A stretch of 64,000 nucleotides of DNA from Haliotis rubra (lineage: Eukaryota): contig NW_025767379.1 of NCBI RefSeq assembly GCF_003918875.1, positions 868,001 to 932,000 on the forward strand, read 5' to 3'. A program made the position numbers and the translations under genes. The notes beneath the pieces are model-generated. The model was not told the origin of the DNA. It searched no databases and saw nothing but the letters and a program-made list of their open reading frames with translations. Shown piece by piece: positions 51,241-63,969 of this stretch (positions are counted from its first letter, which is position 1; each line of letters begins with the position of its first letter).

Positions 51241-52691
51241 TTTGAAAACTAGGGTGTGCCAAGTCGACCCGCTCAACATACACGCCTCTTGCCCTTATGA
51301 CGCAACGCCATTGCAGCAGTCAAACATAAACCTGTATCTGTTTATAAGCACAGATTGTTAATACAGTTTTTATTACCCAGACAGGTGTGTACATGTCCCA
51401 AGGCACGAAGGAGTTGCTGACAGTATCACATGACAATCTAGCGCACTTGCACTGTAAGCACTTCGAGAGGAACAAAGTGTGGTCTGATTCAGTATTGAAC
51501 ACACCTGGTTAACTTGTTCTCAGCTACAGCGTGGGGCGTGTTATTGGATTGTATGTATATTGGTTTCAGTTTCACAGTGCACCTACACACAAACACAAGC
51601 TCTATGCATGACTTGTTTTTAAAAATTACAGCCTGGAAACACGGAAACAAAGTTGTCATAGCAACTACAATGTAGTCATATCAACCGACTTAATGTTGAA
51701 TGTGCATTTCTTATAAAATAGAAAAGAATACTATTGAAAAAATACAGTTCGCTCGACATTTTAAACTTTACGATGTTTATAAAGGGCTTTTCGTGAAATT
51801 CCTCAACCAAGAACTAGGTACAGTGTAGGGGTCTCTATAACGGCCTTTCGCTCGAGGAGCACACAGTTTCTGGCATGACGTGTCATAACATTGCGATTAA
51901 CGCTATGTGGTATTATTCATACTGATATAAGCCGACCGCCTCTCGTTCTTTGGCTGGAAGTATTCACGGCCGGTCATGCGAATCTTTCATTGAATACGCT
52001 AACACTAACTGCAGTCAGGGCCCAGGGCGATACGACTGTACCAAGTGATGTGTCAGCAAGTTTGTTCAATCGTTAAGAGGCTTTTGCAAGCGTCATTAAC
52101 ACCGCGGTATATCGGGGTGATTGAATGAATTGATGAGAAGGTCGATGTGTTTGGTTGCATATCCAACGGTTTTCAACACGTGTAGAACATTCCTTTGACT
52201 TTAGTATTCCGTTAGAGAGAATAAAATTCAAATTTAAACCATTTGCGTGAATGGATACGGGATATTGAATTTATTAATACACGAAGTGTAGACATTGTGT
52301 GCCTTTGTGTGGAGGACTATATATGGCCTCGTAAACATACATCGTTATATAACGTTATTATAGATAGATGTTCCGAGTATTGCCACTGACAATATAATTA
52401 AAGTACATTACTCATGTTCGACAACAGCGTTAATGTAGCGTGTGACATAACTGAAATATATTCAGCCTGTGTCATCATTAGTGAATATAAAATGTACAAG
52501 CTAGCGACTGAAATACACACCGACAGGTGTTGGAATCAGTTGAGCAGTAACGAACATTGTAATATCTATACAACCGAACAATTACATCCGATATCTAAAT
52601 AAAAATAATAATAATCAATTAAAAAGTGTGGGACATTTTACCAATGATGTGTTGTAACAAACATTAACAGAGATCAAACGGATTCACGTTA

Positions 52692-53029
52692 GGCCACATA
52701 AGAATAAAATCTTTTTGGTTTCACATTACCACTCGAACTTAACATTTGGCCCGACCCTATTTTTTTATATTTTGTTAATATTTTTGCACTCGTAAATGTG
52801 CGTGTATAAAGCCTGCAGGCTTCCGAAATTCGTCTCAGCTTGCGGCATTACAGGTTTTCGACTAAGATTGTATAAGTTCTTTGAAGTTGTTCCATAAAAC
52901 TTACTTTTCCTTAACATTGTATAGAAAATCAGAAAAAAGTATTAAAAGATAAAAATAAAATCCACTCTACCTACCCATTTAAAAAAAAAGAAAAACTGAT
53001 GAGAAACCAGAAATATATTTTATGTGGCC
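52692..53029. mobile_element. MITE, PIF/Harbinger-like
   Basis: TIR GGCCACATAA/TTATGTGGCC; TTA on both sides (52689-52691, 53030-53032). Confidence 0.7.
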
Positions 53030-53456
53030 TTATTTGTGATGTGTACATAACATGATAATTAGATAAGAACCTTTGTCCTGTACAGGAAGTTCATCTATAA
53101 AGACTGCTGGTAACATATGATACTGTTATTGCAAACGTTATTCAAACGGAAACCAAACAAACATAATCCGATTATTTGCCATGTGTTTGTAACACAACAT
53201 TATAATATAGGGACACACCTTGTCCTCAGCAGGTAATATATCGTTACGGCCGCTGTAAACACGTGACAGTGTCACATGAATGCACGCCAAATCTTAGGTA
53301 TAAATATTTAGCCTTTAGGTCGGCTTTGGAGATGTAACATTTTAATGCAGGCTAGGTTATTTATCGCGTAGCCAGATGAATAGTTATGTATGCCTGAGGC
53401 GGAGATTTATGGTTCTGTAATGGATTTCCACATCATCGCGACAACTATGCTGTCAG

Positions 53457-53539
53457 GCCGACTTCCGGCGGCGTCCGTCACGTCCACAGTGAGCCTGGTG
53501 ACCAGCGACCGTGACCTCGTCACCAGCACGTGTTTCTAA
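53457..53539 (+). CDS. candidate alternative terminal exon of AJM1-like gene (GRLPAASVTSTVSLVTSDRDLVTSTCF*)
   Basis: CAG acceptor at 53456; phase 1 matches the donor at 43870; GC3-rich open frame inside an AT-rich intron. Confidence 0.45.
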
Positions 53540-53994
53540 TGCCGCTCGTGTTATTAACTCACAACGCCGTGTTATGAACATATTTTCTTGAAGTATAAGA
53601 CTTTGTCGTGAACATAAACGTATGTTTGGAAGATATAGAAAGATAATACACCTGAAAATATGTTAAGCACCAGTACCACTTTCGGATATCTCGTAGTTTC
53701 TTATACCTGTTGAAAATAGCTGCTGATGTTATTGATGTCGATAGGTGTGAAATGATTGTTTGGATGCCAGCTGTCCGGCTGGGACAAGCTGACTGAGGGT
53801 GTCTCACCTTGGTGGATGTGCTTAGTCAGCAGTAACAGCTGTCTGTTGCCATGGTTACAAAACATTCGCAAAAATTGTCTTTATGTAATTAATTTATGTT
53901 AATGTAATTCATTATGGTTACGTTACTTAGAAAGCAAAGAAAATGTTTGTCAGATAATTAATACAGCCTTCGGTATAAGAACATAAGTTGACTG

Positions 53995-54122
53995 TGACTG
54001 AGTTTGGTTTTACGCCGCTTTTGCAATATTCCAGCAACATCACGGCGGGGACACCAGAAATGGGCTTCACACATTGTACCCATGTGGGGATTCAATCGCG
54101 TGAGGTTGCCCCACCGCCCGCC
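53995..54122 (-). mobile_element. family-1 SINE, head partly deleted
   Basis: Body and tail match. Confidence 0.8.
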
Positions 54123-54800
54123 ACACATGAAAATATATGACAGTTCTAAGTTTCAGGTGTATTATGTGTAATGTGTTTTCTTTCCGATCGCTGAACACGC
54201 GCAGTCATGATTATAGATGAAGTAAAATATGTATAATATATTTTGAAGTTGTATGCAAAGATAGTCGATTTTCAAAAGTACTTCTCCAACGCGTCAGAGC
54301 TTGTTTGTAAATCTAACGTTCGATGAAAATCCGGGTTCGTTTTCTCACGTTCGTAAAAATATATGAAGTTATTTGTAGTGTTTTCCGTGTCATGTTGTTG
54401 TTATAACACATAATATTTGCTCACTCACGAGGATAAATCTGATGGGATATCTTAATTTTGTTGGCCCCGATCCCAGTTTCTGTGACGGTAAACGTGCGTG
54501 GTAATTGTTTAATGATTATTATTTTTCATTTAACACTAAACATTTATCCGGGACATGTGACTTTACCTTTTCCATCATGAATAATTTCCCTAGACAACGA
54601 AATCATTTTGCAACAATGTACTATTATTCATTGCATGGGTAATGGGTGCATGGTAATGTGTTTCTGCACCAAGTTATTTATCTGTTGTTTTGACTGCATC
54701 AGTAAACAGAATAACACTAGTGCCTACTAACATCTCGTACTCTGCTGATGTTTAATACATCCCACTGTTACTCACGTGACCTAAATGTTTATGCTTTCAG

Positions 54801-56114
54801 AAACCACGGTATAGCGAGGAGGTGTGTGTAGGTACTCGTCACAATCGACTCGGAGATTCCCGTTTGTTTCTGACCTTGGCTAAACATTCCGATCCACAAT
54901 CGCCGAAACAAGTCTCGTTCGATGATGGCGATGACGTCACAGCTGATGACGTCATGGACAGATCTGGAATTCTGGGAAATGCCAGCGTCGAAGAAGTGTT
55001 GGAGGGATTTCTTTCTTTCGGTAAACGCCCAGTTCGTGAACAACTTGTATCGAATCCTGCTGTTTTCGAAGGAAATGGCCACGCATTATTTCCAAGGACT
55101 GGATCGGAGGCAGGGTGTAACTATTATTCCAAGAATGGAGAGAGAGATGTATGTGATTTTTCGATTGAGGATTCCGTGTCAGTAAACTGTGACAACCAAG
55201 CCTGTGTGAATTCTCTTCCTTTGAAAGAAGCCAAGAAATCGTACAAACTGTGCCCGTATTGCTACACCTACTACTGCAGCAGGCTTTGTAGGAAGCTTGA
55301 TTTCGAGGCTCATAAACAGAAATGTCACCATAGCAACGTAAACAGCGCGTGCAAACACATCATGGTTAAAATTAACAAAGACCCCAATATGCAGTATCGG
55401 TATTCCCGATTAGCCAGATTGGGATATACGTCACATGGTCGGGGGTGTTTGGTTCTGTATATCCCGGACTTGTTTAATGCTGAACGATATCTACACGATC
55501 CTGATAGTAGCAAATTTTCTCCAGTTTTCGTGCCTCTCAAAGCTCTCACCAGCTCCGAGAAGTTTGGTAAAATGTTGCCATACGTGATTGACATGTGTAT
55601 TCAATGTAACCCTGCTGTCAAGTATGTGATGCATGTGTCGGTGGGGGTGGGGTCTGCCTTGGAACAAATCCCCCCTCCCAGGAGTACGGATCCCCTTATC
55701 CAAAAGTGCGCCAAGCTGAGTCTCAGCCCAGCTCATGATCTCACGGATCTAGAGGATCATAACAATATCACGCTCCTTGCTGCCTCCACAGAACGAGCAA
55801 ATGACAGACAAGATACCAGAGAGGCAAGGGAAGCAAGCTTCATGGACATTCAACGGAAGTTACGTCATAGCGGAGTTAACCTACGTCACGAGTTCCCAGA
55901 CAGTTATAACAAATTGATAGACTTCGTAGCAGACGGAAGAACATTTCCACCTCAGATTATCTCCCCTGTTGACTCCAAATCGGGCGAAGGATTTACCTGT
56001 GTCATTGTACCCGAAACGGAAACGGAAATAGAATGGGTGCAGGCTCAAGAGTTCCCACCAGATATAGACCTGTCAACGGACGACCGGTGTCCTACTTCAC
56101 CAACCTCCCCATAA
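54801..56114 (+). CDS. AJM1: terminal exon encoding the conserved apical junction component 1 (AJM1/C9orf172-type) C-terminal domain
   Basis: CDNQAC...CPYCYTYYCSRLCRKLDFEAHKQKC MYND-like finger, then SRLARLGYTSHGRGCLVL and IQRKLRHSGVNLRHEFP, matching AJM1-family motifs as I recall them; acceptors at 54800 and 54831. Confidence 0.85.
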   Translation, partial: KPRYSEEVCVGTRHNRLGDSRLFLTLAKHSDPQSPKQVSFDDGDDVTADDVMDRSGILGNASVEEVLEGFLSFGKRPVREQLVSNPAVFEGNGHALFPRTGSEAGCNYYSKNGERDVCDFSIEDSVSVNCDNQACVNSLPLKEAKKSYKLCPYCYTYYCSRLCRKLDFEAHKQKCHHSNVNSACKHIMVKINKDPNMQYRYSRLARLGYTSHGRGCLVLYIPDLFNAERYLHDPDSSKFSPVFVPLKALTSSEKFGKMLPYVIDMCIQCNPAVKYVMHVSVGVGSALEQIPPPRSTDPLIQKCAKLSLSPAHDLTDLEDHNNITLLAASTERANDRQDTREAREASFMDIQRKLRHSGVNLRHEFPDSYNKLIDFVADGRTFPPQIISPVDSKSGEGFTCVIVPETETEIEWVQAQEFPPDIDLSTDDRCPTSPTSP

Positions 56115-58656
56115 AATTCTAACCCCGGACAGAGTCTCATTGCCATCCCATATGTGTGCCATGTTGACATATTGTATGGATATATTATAAGGACGTTCAT
56201 TACGATGTATAAAGGTGCATCTGATCGACGCTTTTACTGCAACGTGTTTTACACTGAAGCTTTTATCTTCCCTGTATTCATTCAGTTGGTTGTGTTTGTG
56301 CTAATAGAGCAAAATAATTGTAAATATTGTTGTGAAAGGTGTTTTAGTGCAGCATTTATTATTATTAACTAAGTACATCATACATCCATCCATTTGATTT
56401 TATGTTCGGAGGACGGCATTATCAGTGGCATACATAAATTATAAATTAATTTTGGGATAGCCTAGTGGTTTAAGTGTTCGTTAGTTACGTAGAAGACGTA
56501 GCAACATTGTGGATATTCTCGTGCACATGGCTGATACTATTGATAAGAAATCCGCGGAAACGTGCGTCCTCGGTGATCACGTAAATATAAATGTTACTTA
56601 AAAAGTAAATCACCTCCTTTCCCGAACTATTCTAGGAATAAATGTTTGTTTTTTGTGTTAAATCTTTAAAACCCAAGGGGAACTCTTTTGTTGCAGCAGA
56701 TGTGTCCTTCTGAGCTGCGGCTCGTCTCACGTCCTTTTGAAAGTTTAATTAACACATGAATCTTGCAGCAAAACGGCTCAGCTCCCCAGATCGATGTCTG
56801 TCTGTGGCTAGGTGTGAGGTTCTGTCAGCAAGCATGTACCACCAACTGGTTAACTGCTGTTGTTACTGTTGCTGATAGACCTGAGCCAGTTAGTATTTAT
56901 GCCTCTTTGTCTGCCGTTTGAAGTAACTAAAGAGTGAATGTCTGTGTTGATTTCGTGATAAATTCATGTTTTTACATTTGTTTTATCGAGGAAGAGTGTT
57001 TACCTAAAGTTTGTATTTCATTTAAGAATTGTATTTTTAGTAAAATGTATCGTTCTATAGAATGTTACAGATAGTCTAGGTATGTCTTCTTTGTCAGCGG
57101 GGTAACATTAATACAAACGCATTATGAGGAGGTTATCGGTGCTGCAGAATTTCTGAAAAGGTTATGGAGGAAACAGTCAAGATATGGCTGTTGAGGATAC
57201 ATGTATACTGACGGAAAGAAATAAGGTAACACTTGTGGGTGACATGCCGTCCCTGGACACGTGGTAGATACCCCTACCCTGGGGATCACGTCAACACAGT
57301 CGATAATGGCATGTCACTGGGTTTTTTTATTGAAGCAATTCGGTAACAGAAATAGCCATCAGTGTGTTGTTACACTGTTATAGGAGAGTTTTATGAAGTT
57401 TTTATTATTCCACTTTATACCTTCAAAATTGTGATTATGGGGAAGAAGTGAGTGAAGAAGTACAATGTGTATTTACCAAGTAAATACGACATGTTGCTAG
57501 GATACACTAAACAGAAGCGGTACTAGTACACCGTCTACTGTGTCGCAAGCCTCCCACAATGTGTAGCGCATTTCCGTGGACGTTTTGTTTTTTTTTGGTG
57601 GGGGGGGTTGTTTCATATCCCGTAAATAAATGTTTTCCTGGCGATTACATCACACATGTTTCAAACACAGTTGTCCAAACATGTCTAATGCCGAGATGCA
57701 GATGTCTCTGTCCTAATCCGATCCTATCCAAAATGGCAATATATATTAGTTCACACACGAGGCTCCGATGGTACTAATGGAAGTTTCAGCCATGCTGTCC
57801 TTCACCTTCATATGCTGAACTTTGACCCGAAATGCCAATAATTCATTGTGCCTTAATGGTAGTTTTAGCAACCATGTTTTAGCATAACAATTTACAAATT
57901 TAGAAGCAGATATATTTACATAGTATGCCAACACTCACTGTATATTTGTGATAAATGGTTTTAAAAAGTATATTTCGTTAAACCTTTGCAGCGGTGGGCT
58001 ATATTTTGTACATTGTGTTAGAAAATATTCTGATTTGTTTTTATGCAAATAATCTATTGTTTTGTACATTTCTTATGAAAACTACACCGTGCAATACATG
58101 TACAGATACAAATAGAGGTCCAGCCAGATCCAACAAACAGATTATTTAGCTAACACGAAATTTGTATAGAGATTAAATGATATAGTCTATACCGATCATT
58201 TGCTTTTGTAGGATTTGAATAGTTGAAGAGCTATCGGATTTATGATGAACCCTTCATATGCTGCGCTTTGTAAAAAAATAAGGAATGTTGAAGAAAATAT
58301 GTACAATTGTATGCCTTGTCCTGTATTATATGCTTTAGGAATAGCTGACAATAATTGAACGTGGATTTGTATTTGAGTATTAAGCATATAGTCATACCTT
58401 AGTTACTTTATAGCAATGTTGACTGATTTATGATATGTTTATGTTAAGCGATAAGCAAGTCCATATGAAGGGTTAATCCATGATGCGTGCCTGTGAAATA
58501 TATTACAATTGATGCCTGACGCAAGTTGTAATTTATTTGGAGCAATGCTATAATTATTGATCATTAATTAAAGAGATTATTGTTTCTTGCCTGTATAATG
58601 TTGCACGTTTCTTTCATCGCGTTGGGTCGGTATCCGATAATATTCTGGTTTAGAAT

Positions 58657-59214
58657 CATTCTCTTCCCACAGAGGTTACTCCTGTCATATCTTCCTACGT
58701 AACCTCTGTTCTAATACGGCCCTTTCATGGTGTGAGCGTTCAAGACTCGTGATTGGAGGCAATCAGATTTAGTTGTGCAATCAGCGACGTTGTTTCAAAA
58801 GTGATCATTCGCAAGGCCTCGGTAATTTCCGTATGCTTCGAGAAAACTAAACCTCTTCCCCTGCGCGATGCGCAAACGTTTCTTTTAGACAGAACTCAGT
58901 CATGTTATGGCGGATCAGTGGCGTCTCCATCGCCCTCGTTGACAACGGACAAGCTAGCCATTAAACGTCTTGTGTGTAACATCAATACAAGTCTCCGGCT
59001 GATTGGGGATATTTGTAGCCCCACATTTGCTTGTGTTAGTCAAGTTGAATCTAAGTCGATGTAACACGTGTTCTGATTGGATAGAAAGAAGGGAGATAAT
59101 TCGTGCTGCGATCTTTTGCCGCTAGGGGATTTTACGAGAACCTGGAAATATGGCCGTATTAGAACAGAGGTTACGTAGGAAGATATGACAAGTAACCTCT
59201 GTGGGAAGAGAATG
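58657..59214. mobile_element. complete 558-bp MITE, same family as 19697-20246
   Basis: ~64-bp TIRs CATTCTCTTCCCACAGAGG.../...CCTCTGTGGGAAGAGAATG; 9-bp TSD gtttagaat/ggttagaat; inserted into a family-2 SINE head remnant. Confidence 0.92.
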
Positions 59215-60090
59215 GGTTAGAATTGGCCTTCAGCAACCCAGACTAGATTATTTACAAGTTACACAAACTCGGGTTTGGATGCATAGGGTGCAGGGCCAGG
59301 AAGCGTTGACGCATTTCCATGGGAACATTTGTCATGTGATGCATGTTCAACCTTGACCTCTTGCGTGATGAATATGCATGAACAGAGAGGGTAACTTTGT
59401 GGGATGGATCATACCCAGCTGACCTGGCAGTTCAATTTCTGGTGCGACTCTTCTTCGGACTCTTGTCGAGACCCACAAAAAACATCATTGGAGAGTATTC
59501 TAGATTATTCACGTGTACTTAAGTGCGGTAGGTGTTTGCGCCTGGTTTAACATTATCGGATATTTATTGCATATAATGCACGTGTGTGATGTAGATTCCA
59601 TTTACAGTACATATACATTTCTAGTCTTGGCCAGCCCAAAAGGTAGATGAACGTTTGACCAAATGTCAACGCTTTAGAGACTCAATCACGGGGAATCAAG
59701 CAGATGACATATTTGACGACTCGAATCATACCAAAGTGAGATTCAAACTCCTCACACTCACTAACTGACTCAAACAGTTTAAAGACAGCTCAAAACAACA
59801 AGAAGACAATTAGCCCAACGGCCATACCTCATTCCGGACTACAATATTCCTGTCTCAAGTCCGGAATAGTCCGTTTAGTTTCAACGATTCCGTTATATCA
59901 AGTTGTGTGCCTGTTTAGTGTTGGAGGAAGCCCGCACTGATGCAGCCTCAATGGGCTACCACAAAGCCAGGATTGGTAATAACAAACCAGTTAAGGTAGT
60001 GAGGCCGGACCAGGATTCGAACCCACGATCACAGGTTCCGGCTCCCCAGAGCCCAGGGACTTCCGGACTAAAGTGAATTTAGGTCTCTTG

Positions 60091-60628
60091 TATAGTCTGT
60101 TTGCAGTGAAAACGTACCTATGAATTTCACTTAAAACAAAAAAGTAAATCAAATAAAGTGAAATTAAGATTGCGAATCCTCATAATTTTACCTTGCCAAA
60201 TGAACGTTTAAATCTCAGAATTTTATTAAACTTAGGATAAAAGTTGTTTAACAAACGATCATAGATTTAAATCGCTATTATTGGTTTGTATTACAAGGGG
60301 GTACGCGCAGTAGTTGGAACAGTGAAACAAATGCACGTGCGGTACGTGATGAGCGTTAACTTAGACTACCGTAGAAACCAACCCTTCGTGTTCTCGGAGT
60401 TTCATTTAATGTGCATACCCCCTTGAAATACAAACCAATAATAGCGATTTGAAACTATGATCGTTTTTTAAAAACCTTCATCCTAAGTTGAACAAATTTC
60501 TGAGATTTTAATGTTCATTTGGCAAGGTAAAGTTATGAGGATTCGCAATCTTAATTTCACTTTATTTGATTTACTTTTTTTGTTTAAAGTGAAATTCATA
60601 GGTACGTTTTCACTGCAAACAGACCATA
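60091..60628. mobile_element. foldback MITE with ~217-bp terminal inverted repeats
   Basis: 60091-60308 is the reverse complement of ~60411-60628, with a ~100-bp spacer. Confidence 0.88.
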
Positions 60629-61481
60629 GACGAGGATGACGGAGGTTTGGTACCAATGGTTGTTGATACGGAGCAACCATTTCATATTCTATATCGTTGG
60701 TCTTTTTTGCAACCATACCGCCACCCCCAAAACCCATGTAAATTTATCAAACGGTTGCTCCCTTACGAAAAAGTATATTGGTTGCAACATTGGATTTCGC
60801 TACAACACAAGCAATAGTCAGAACAGGCGCACGCACGCACGCACAAACACACGACAACATTAACCCCATTCCACTTCCCGTCCAGTGCGCTATGTTCAAC
60901 CTGTGCAGATTTATAATCACTGCACCGACATATATGTGTTGTAGTATGATATATAACTTCCACTGCACGTCCTGGGTGTGTTGCAAGCTATGAATATTGA
61001 TTGTTGGGAGATATGTGTACGGAATGGAGTCGTGTTGGGCGTTGATATGATCGCTATAACGCGCAGGCGAGACCCGCCTTGAGGTCACAGCTTGTCGGTC
61101 GCATGGTGCGTATTGACCAGCTGGAATCTAATCGATTCCGGGTTCGAGTCCCCAGTGGAAACAGCAGGTATGATCAGATACTCATGATTAATGTATCTGG
61201 CAATATGCCTCCTTCAACATGATGTGAATAGTACATTATTATGTTGGTATTTAAACAAATGTTTTACAATATACATATGCACAGTTAATATGTTTTATTA
61301 CGTACATTGAAATGACGTGATGTTGCATCCATTTATAAACGAATACGCAACGGAAATTTTGAAAATAAGAAATTTGAAATTAATTTAAACTGAAAACTTA
61401 AAGGGTCCATCTGTTTCTCATTTCTGTGATAACACGACTACGGTTGATACAATCTCATTGCACTTAACAGACTTCAGCGGT

Positions 61482-61681
61482 TTATTCCATGTATATTTCA
61501 ACAGCAAATATATTAGGTGATGTATGTTTCACTGAACAACGAGGCTGTAGTCGGTCGGATCGTTCCTGCTGCACAGCCCCAGTCATGTCGATATCTCGTG
61601 TGATGAAACCGATGTATATGGCCTGCAGCCGTGCCGACCAGCTGTGCAGCATGTACTGGAATGTGGTGGCCAGGTGAGTCA
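61482..61681 (-). CDS. probable terminal coding exon of an unidentified minus-strand gene
   Basis: CTAAC..CCCCTGGCAG acceptor; GC3-rich (V)THLATTFQYMLHSWSARLQAIYIGFITRDIDMTG...ME*; phase 1 matches the upstream exon. Confidence 0.6.
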
Positions 61682-62900
61682 CTGCCAGGGGGTTGTTAGA
61701 TTCGCGGTGACATGGCAGTAAACGTCGCTTGTATAATTAGGGAGACAGCGTTTGTTTTTCTGGGACAGAGGAGGGAGGATCTGGGAAATTTTTCAAATTT
61801 TTCTAAACATCATTTGGCTCTGACAAAAAATAGACCGCTGGATGAGTGGTGATACTGTGTTGATGAAAGTTAATGATCGGCTCATATCGTCAGAAAATAT
61901 ACCGTAAACATATTCCATATCAACATCCAAGCTGTTTGGTGACGTACATAACAAGGGGCACCTGCAGAAATTCTTCGCTTTGCATTCTCATTGTTTTTAT
62001 TGATTTTGCGACCTGAAGATGTATGCTCTTTTTTCTGTCCACCCAAGATATATAAATACAAGGGGAATGTCGTCTGATTCGATCTCTAATACCAGGATTG
62101 GAGGGTCATATCAAGAAAACAGTAACATATCATCAAATGAACAGACAATTTGATGTACATGGACATCTGTTGGAAAGGTATAGGAGTAACCATTTCATTT
62201 TCGGGAGGTTGAGAGAGAGGGTTACTTTATCTGTAAAAACTTAAACAAACCCCTGGCACACTTGACAATAATCACGTATGCCTCGTCGGGTAGAATTCAT
62301 ATACCCTGCTCTTGCATTGAGCTTTTAACCAGATCTGAATTAAAAGATTAAAACAGATCTATCGACCTCTAGTATCTAGAATAACTGTCTGGATTTATAG
62401 TAACATGACAGCCACAATAATGAAACAACAATGATATTCTATAATGCACACATCAATGTTTCGTCTGAAAGTAACTTGAGAGTGTTCGACTTTAACACAC
62501 CCTGACTTGACTTGACACCAAATAAAACAGGGCCTCTAACGACCATGAAAGGCACGTGCAAATAATACTTTCATCTCTTACGTACCTGTGACAGGTGTTC
62601 TTACAGTAACCAACTACAAACCATTGCACGTGAGACCGGCACGTGTGCAGGTGTCCAAGTTTGGACATCGGTGTCCGCGTTATACAACGAAACTACGGAG
62701 GTCGCGGTGTGCACGGTAACCCACAAATGTCAAGTATTCAAGCTCGTGAAGTAAAACGACCTTGACCTTGACCACATGACATTGGTATAACGGGAGATAA
62801 GCTTGGAAACATGACAACATAAAAATGGCCCATAGTCTGTCAGGTTACAAACCTTACAACTACACCATCACAACGGATAATGTCAAATACTCCGATCTAA

Positions 62901-63069
62901 GGACCGTTCATAATTTATGGTGATGATTTTAAGGTGGCGTCAGGTTCTGGGGAGGTAGGGGGAGTCATCAATTTTGTACACATGTAGTTGGGGGGTGTCA
63001 TTCATATTGTACATGCTTCTATATACAAATCATCACCACCCAGCCTAGCCACAAATTATGAACGGTCTC
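62901..63069. mobile_element. MITE, Harbinger-like
   Basis: TIR GGACCGTTCATAATTT / AAATTATGAACGGTC; TAA on both flanks. Confidence 0.7.
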
Positions 63070-63405
63070 TAACTGTAGCTCGTGGAGAATATTGATACAA
63101 TGATACAAGCTAGGTTATCGACCGTCAAGGAGTTTAATTTTCAAGGAAATTTACGGTTTGGTGGTGATTTTTCATATTTATGATCATGTTGGCCTACTTA
63201 AGTAGTGTATTGGGAATCGGATAGGGTTCTCAACAACCAGAGGCGACTACATGCATCTCGTGGTCAGGCTAAGGGACTTGGTTGACATCGTGCCCCAACG
63301 GCAAGTTTCGTTGTTGATAATATCACCCACTGGATTATCTGATCCAGACTCATATATGAATACACAATGCCATTTAGAAGTGGTAAGATCAGTCAGCTGT
63401 ATGAC

Positions 63406-63497
63406 ATGTTATATTTGGGATTTCACTTTCTCAGTAAGCATAACAAAAATACTTGAATCTGCACTTTTCTGAGAAAGTGAAATCCCAAATATAACAT
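63406..63497. repeat. perfect 29-bp inverted repeat with 34-nt spacer
   Basis: ATGTTATATTTGGGATTTCACTTTCTCAG / CTGAGAAAGTGAAATCCCAAATATAACAT. Confidence 0.9.
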
Positions 63498-63669
63498 ATG
63501 GTACGACGTCATACACCTGACTGAGGCGTTTAACGTCAAACAAACTCGTCATTTTTTTTATTTAAATGGGTGTGACATATGCAGTTATATGAAAGTAAAC
63601 TTTGCTTTGTCATATTTCATCGTCATAAAAATTAAAATCAGTAACCAGTATTAATTTACAATAATTTAC

Positions 63670-63733
63670 CAGAGTCAAACAAGGGCATTTCAACATCAGA
63701 CGTCTTCCCAAATCTCACTGGGTTAAAACGAAT
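63670..63733 (-). CDS. probable 64-nt internal exon of the minus-strand gene (IRFNPVRFGKTSDVEMPLFDS)
   Basis: TCTTCAG acceptor, G|GTAAAT donor, phase 0 in and phase 1 out. Confidence 0.6.
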
Positions 63734-63969
63734 CTGAAGAGTAACTACAGAAGTTGATTATTTGTCTAACAACCACTTAAACCGTTAATCATCTTCAGTG
63801 GGTCAGACAGTTTCGTCTTGGATGTTTTGCAGTTAGGTCAAGGTATTCGTTGTAGGAAGCGGGTTGTACATGTGGCCTTCAGCAGCGCAATGGAGACGGT
63901 CGACTTGCTCACCAACTTATCATTTCCAGCACAGAAGACTGTCCCGCTACTGTAATGTGAATCACCTAC

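Noticed and set aside
61546-61679. Plus-strand exon ending at CAG|GTGAGT
   Set aside because: Codon pattern and splice-phase consistency favour the minus-strand exon
63516-63550. Additional hammerhead (CTGACTGA..stem..AAAC); also a weak one near 56540-56570
   Set aside because: The core deviates from CUGANGA/GAAA and stems I/III are not supported
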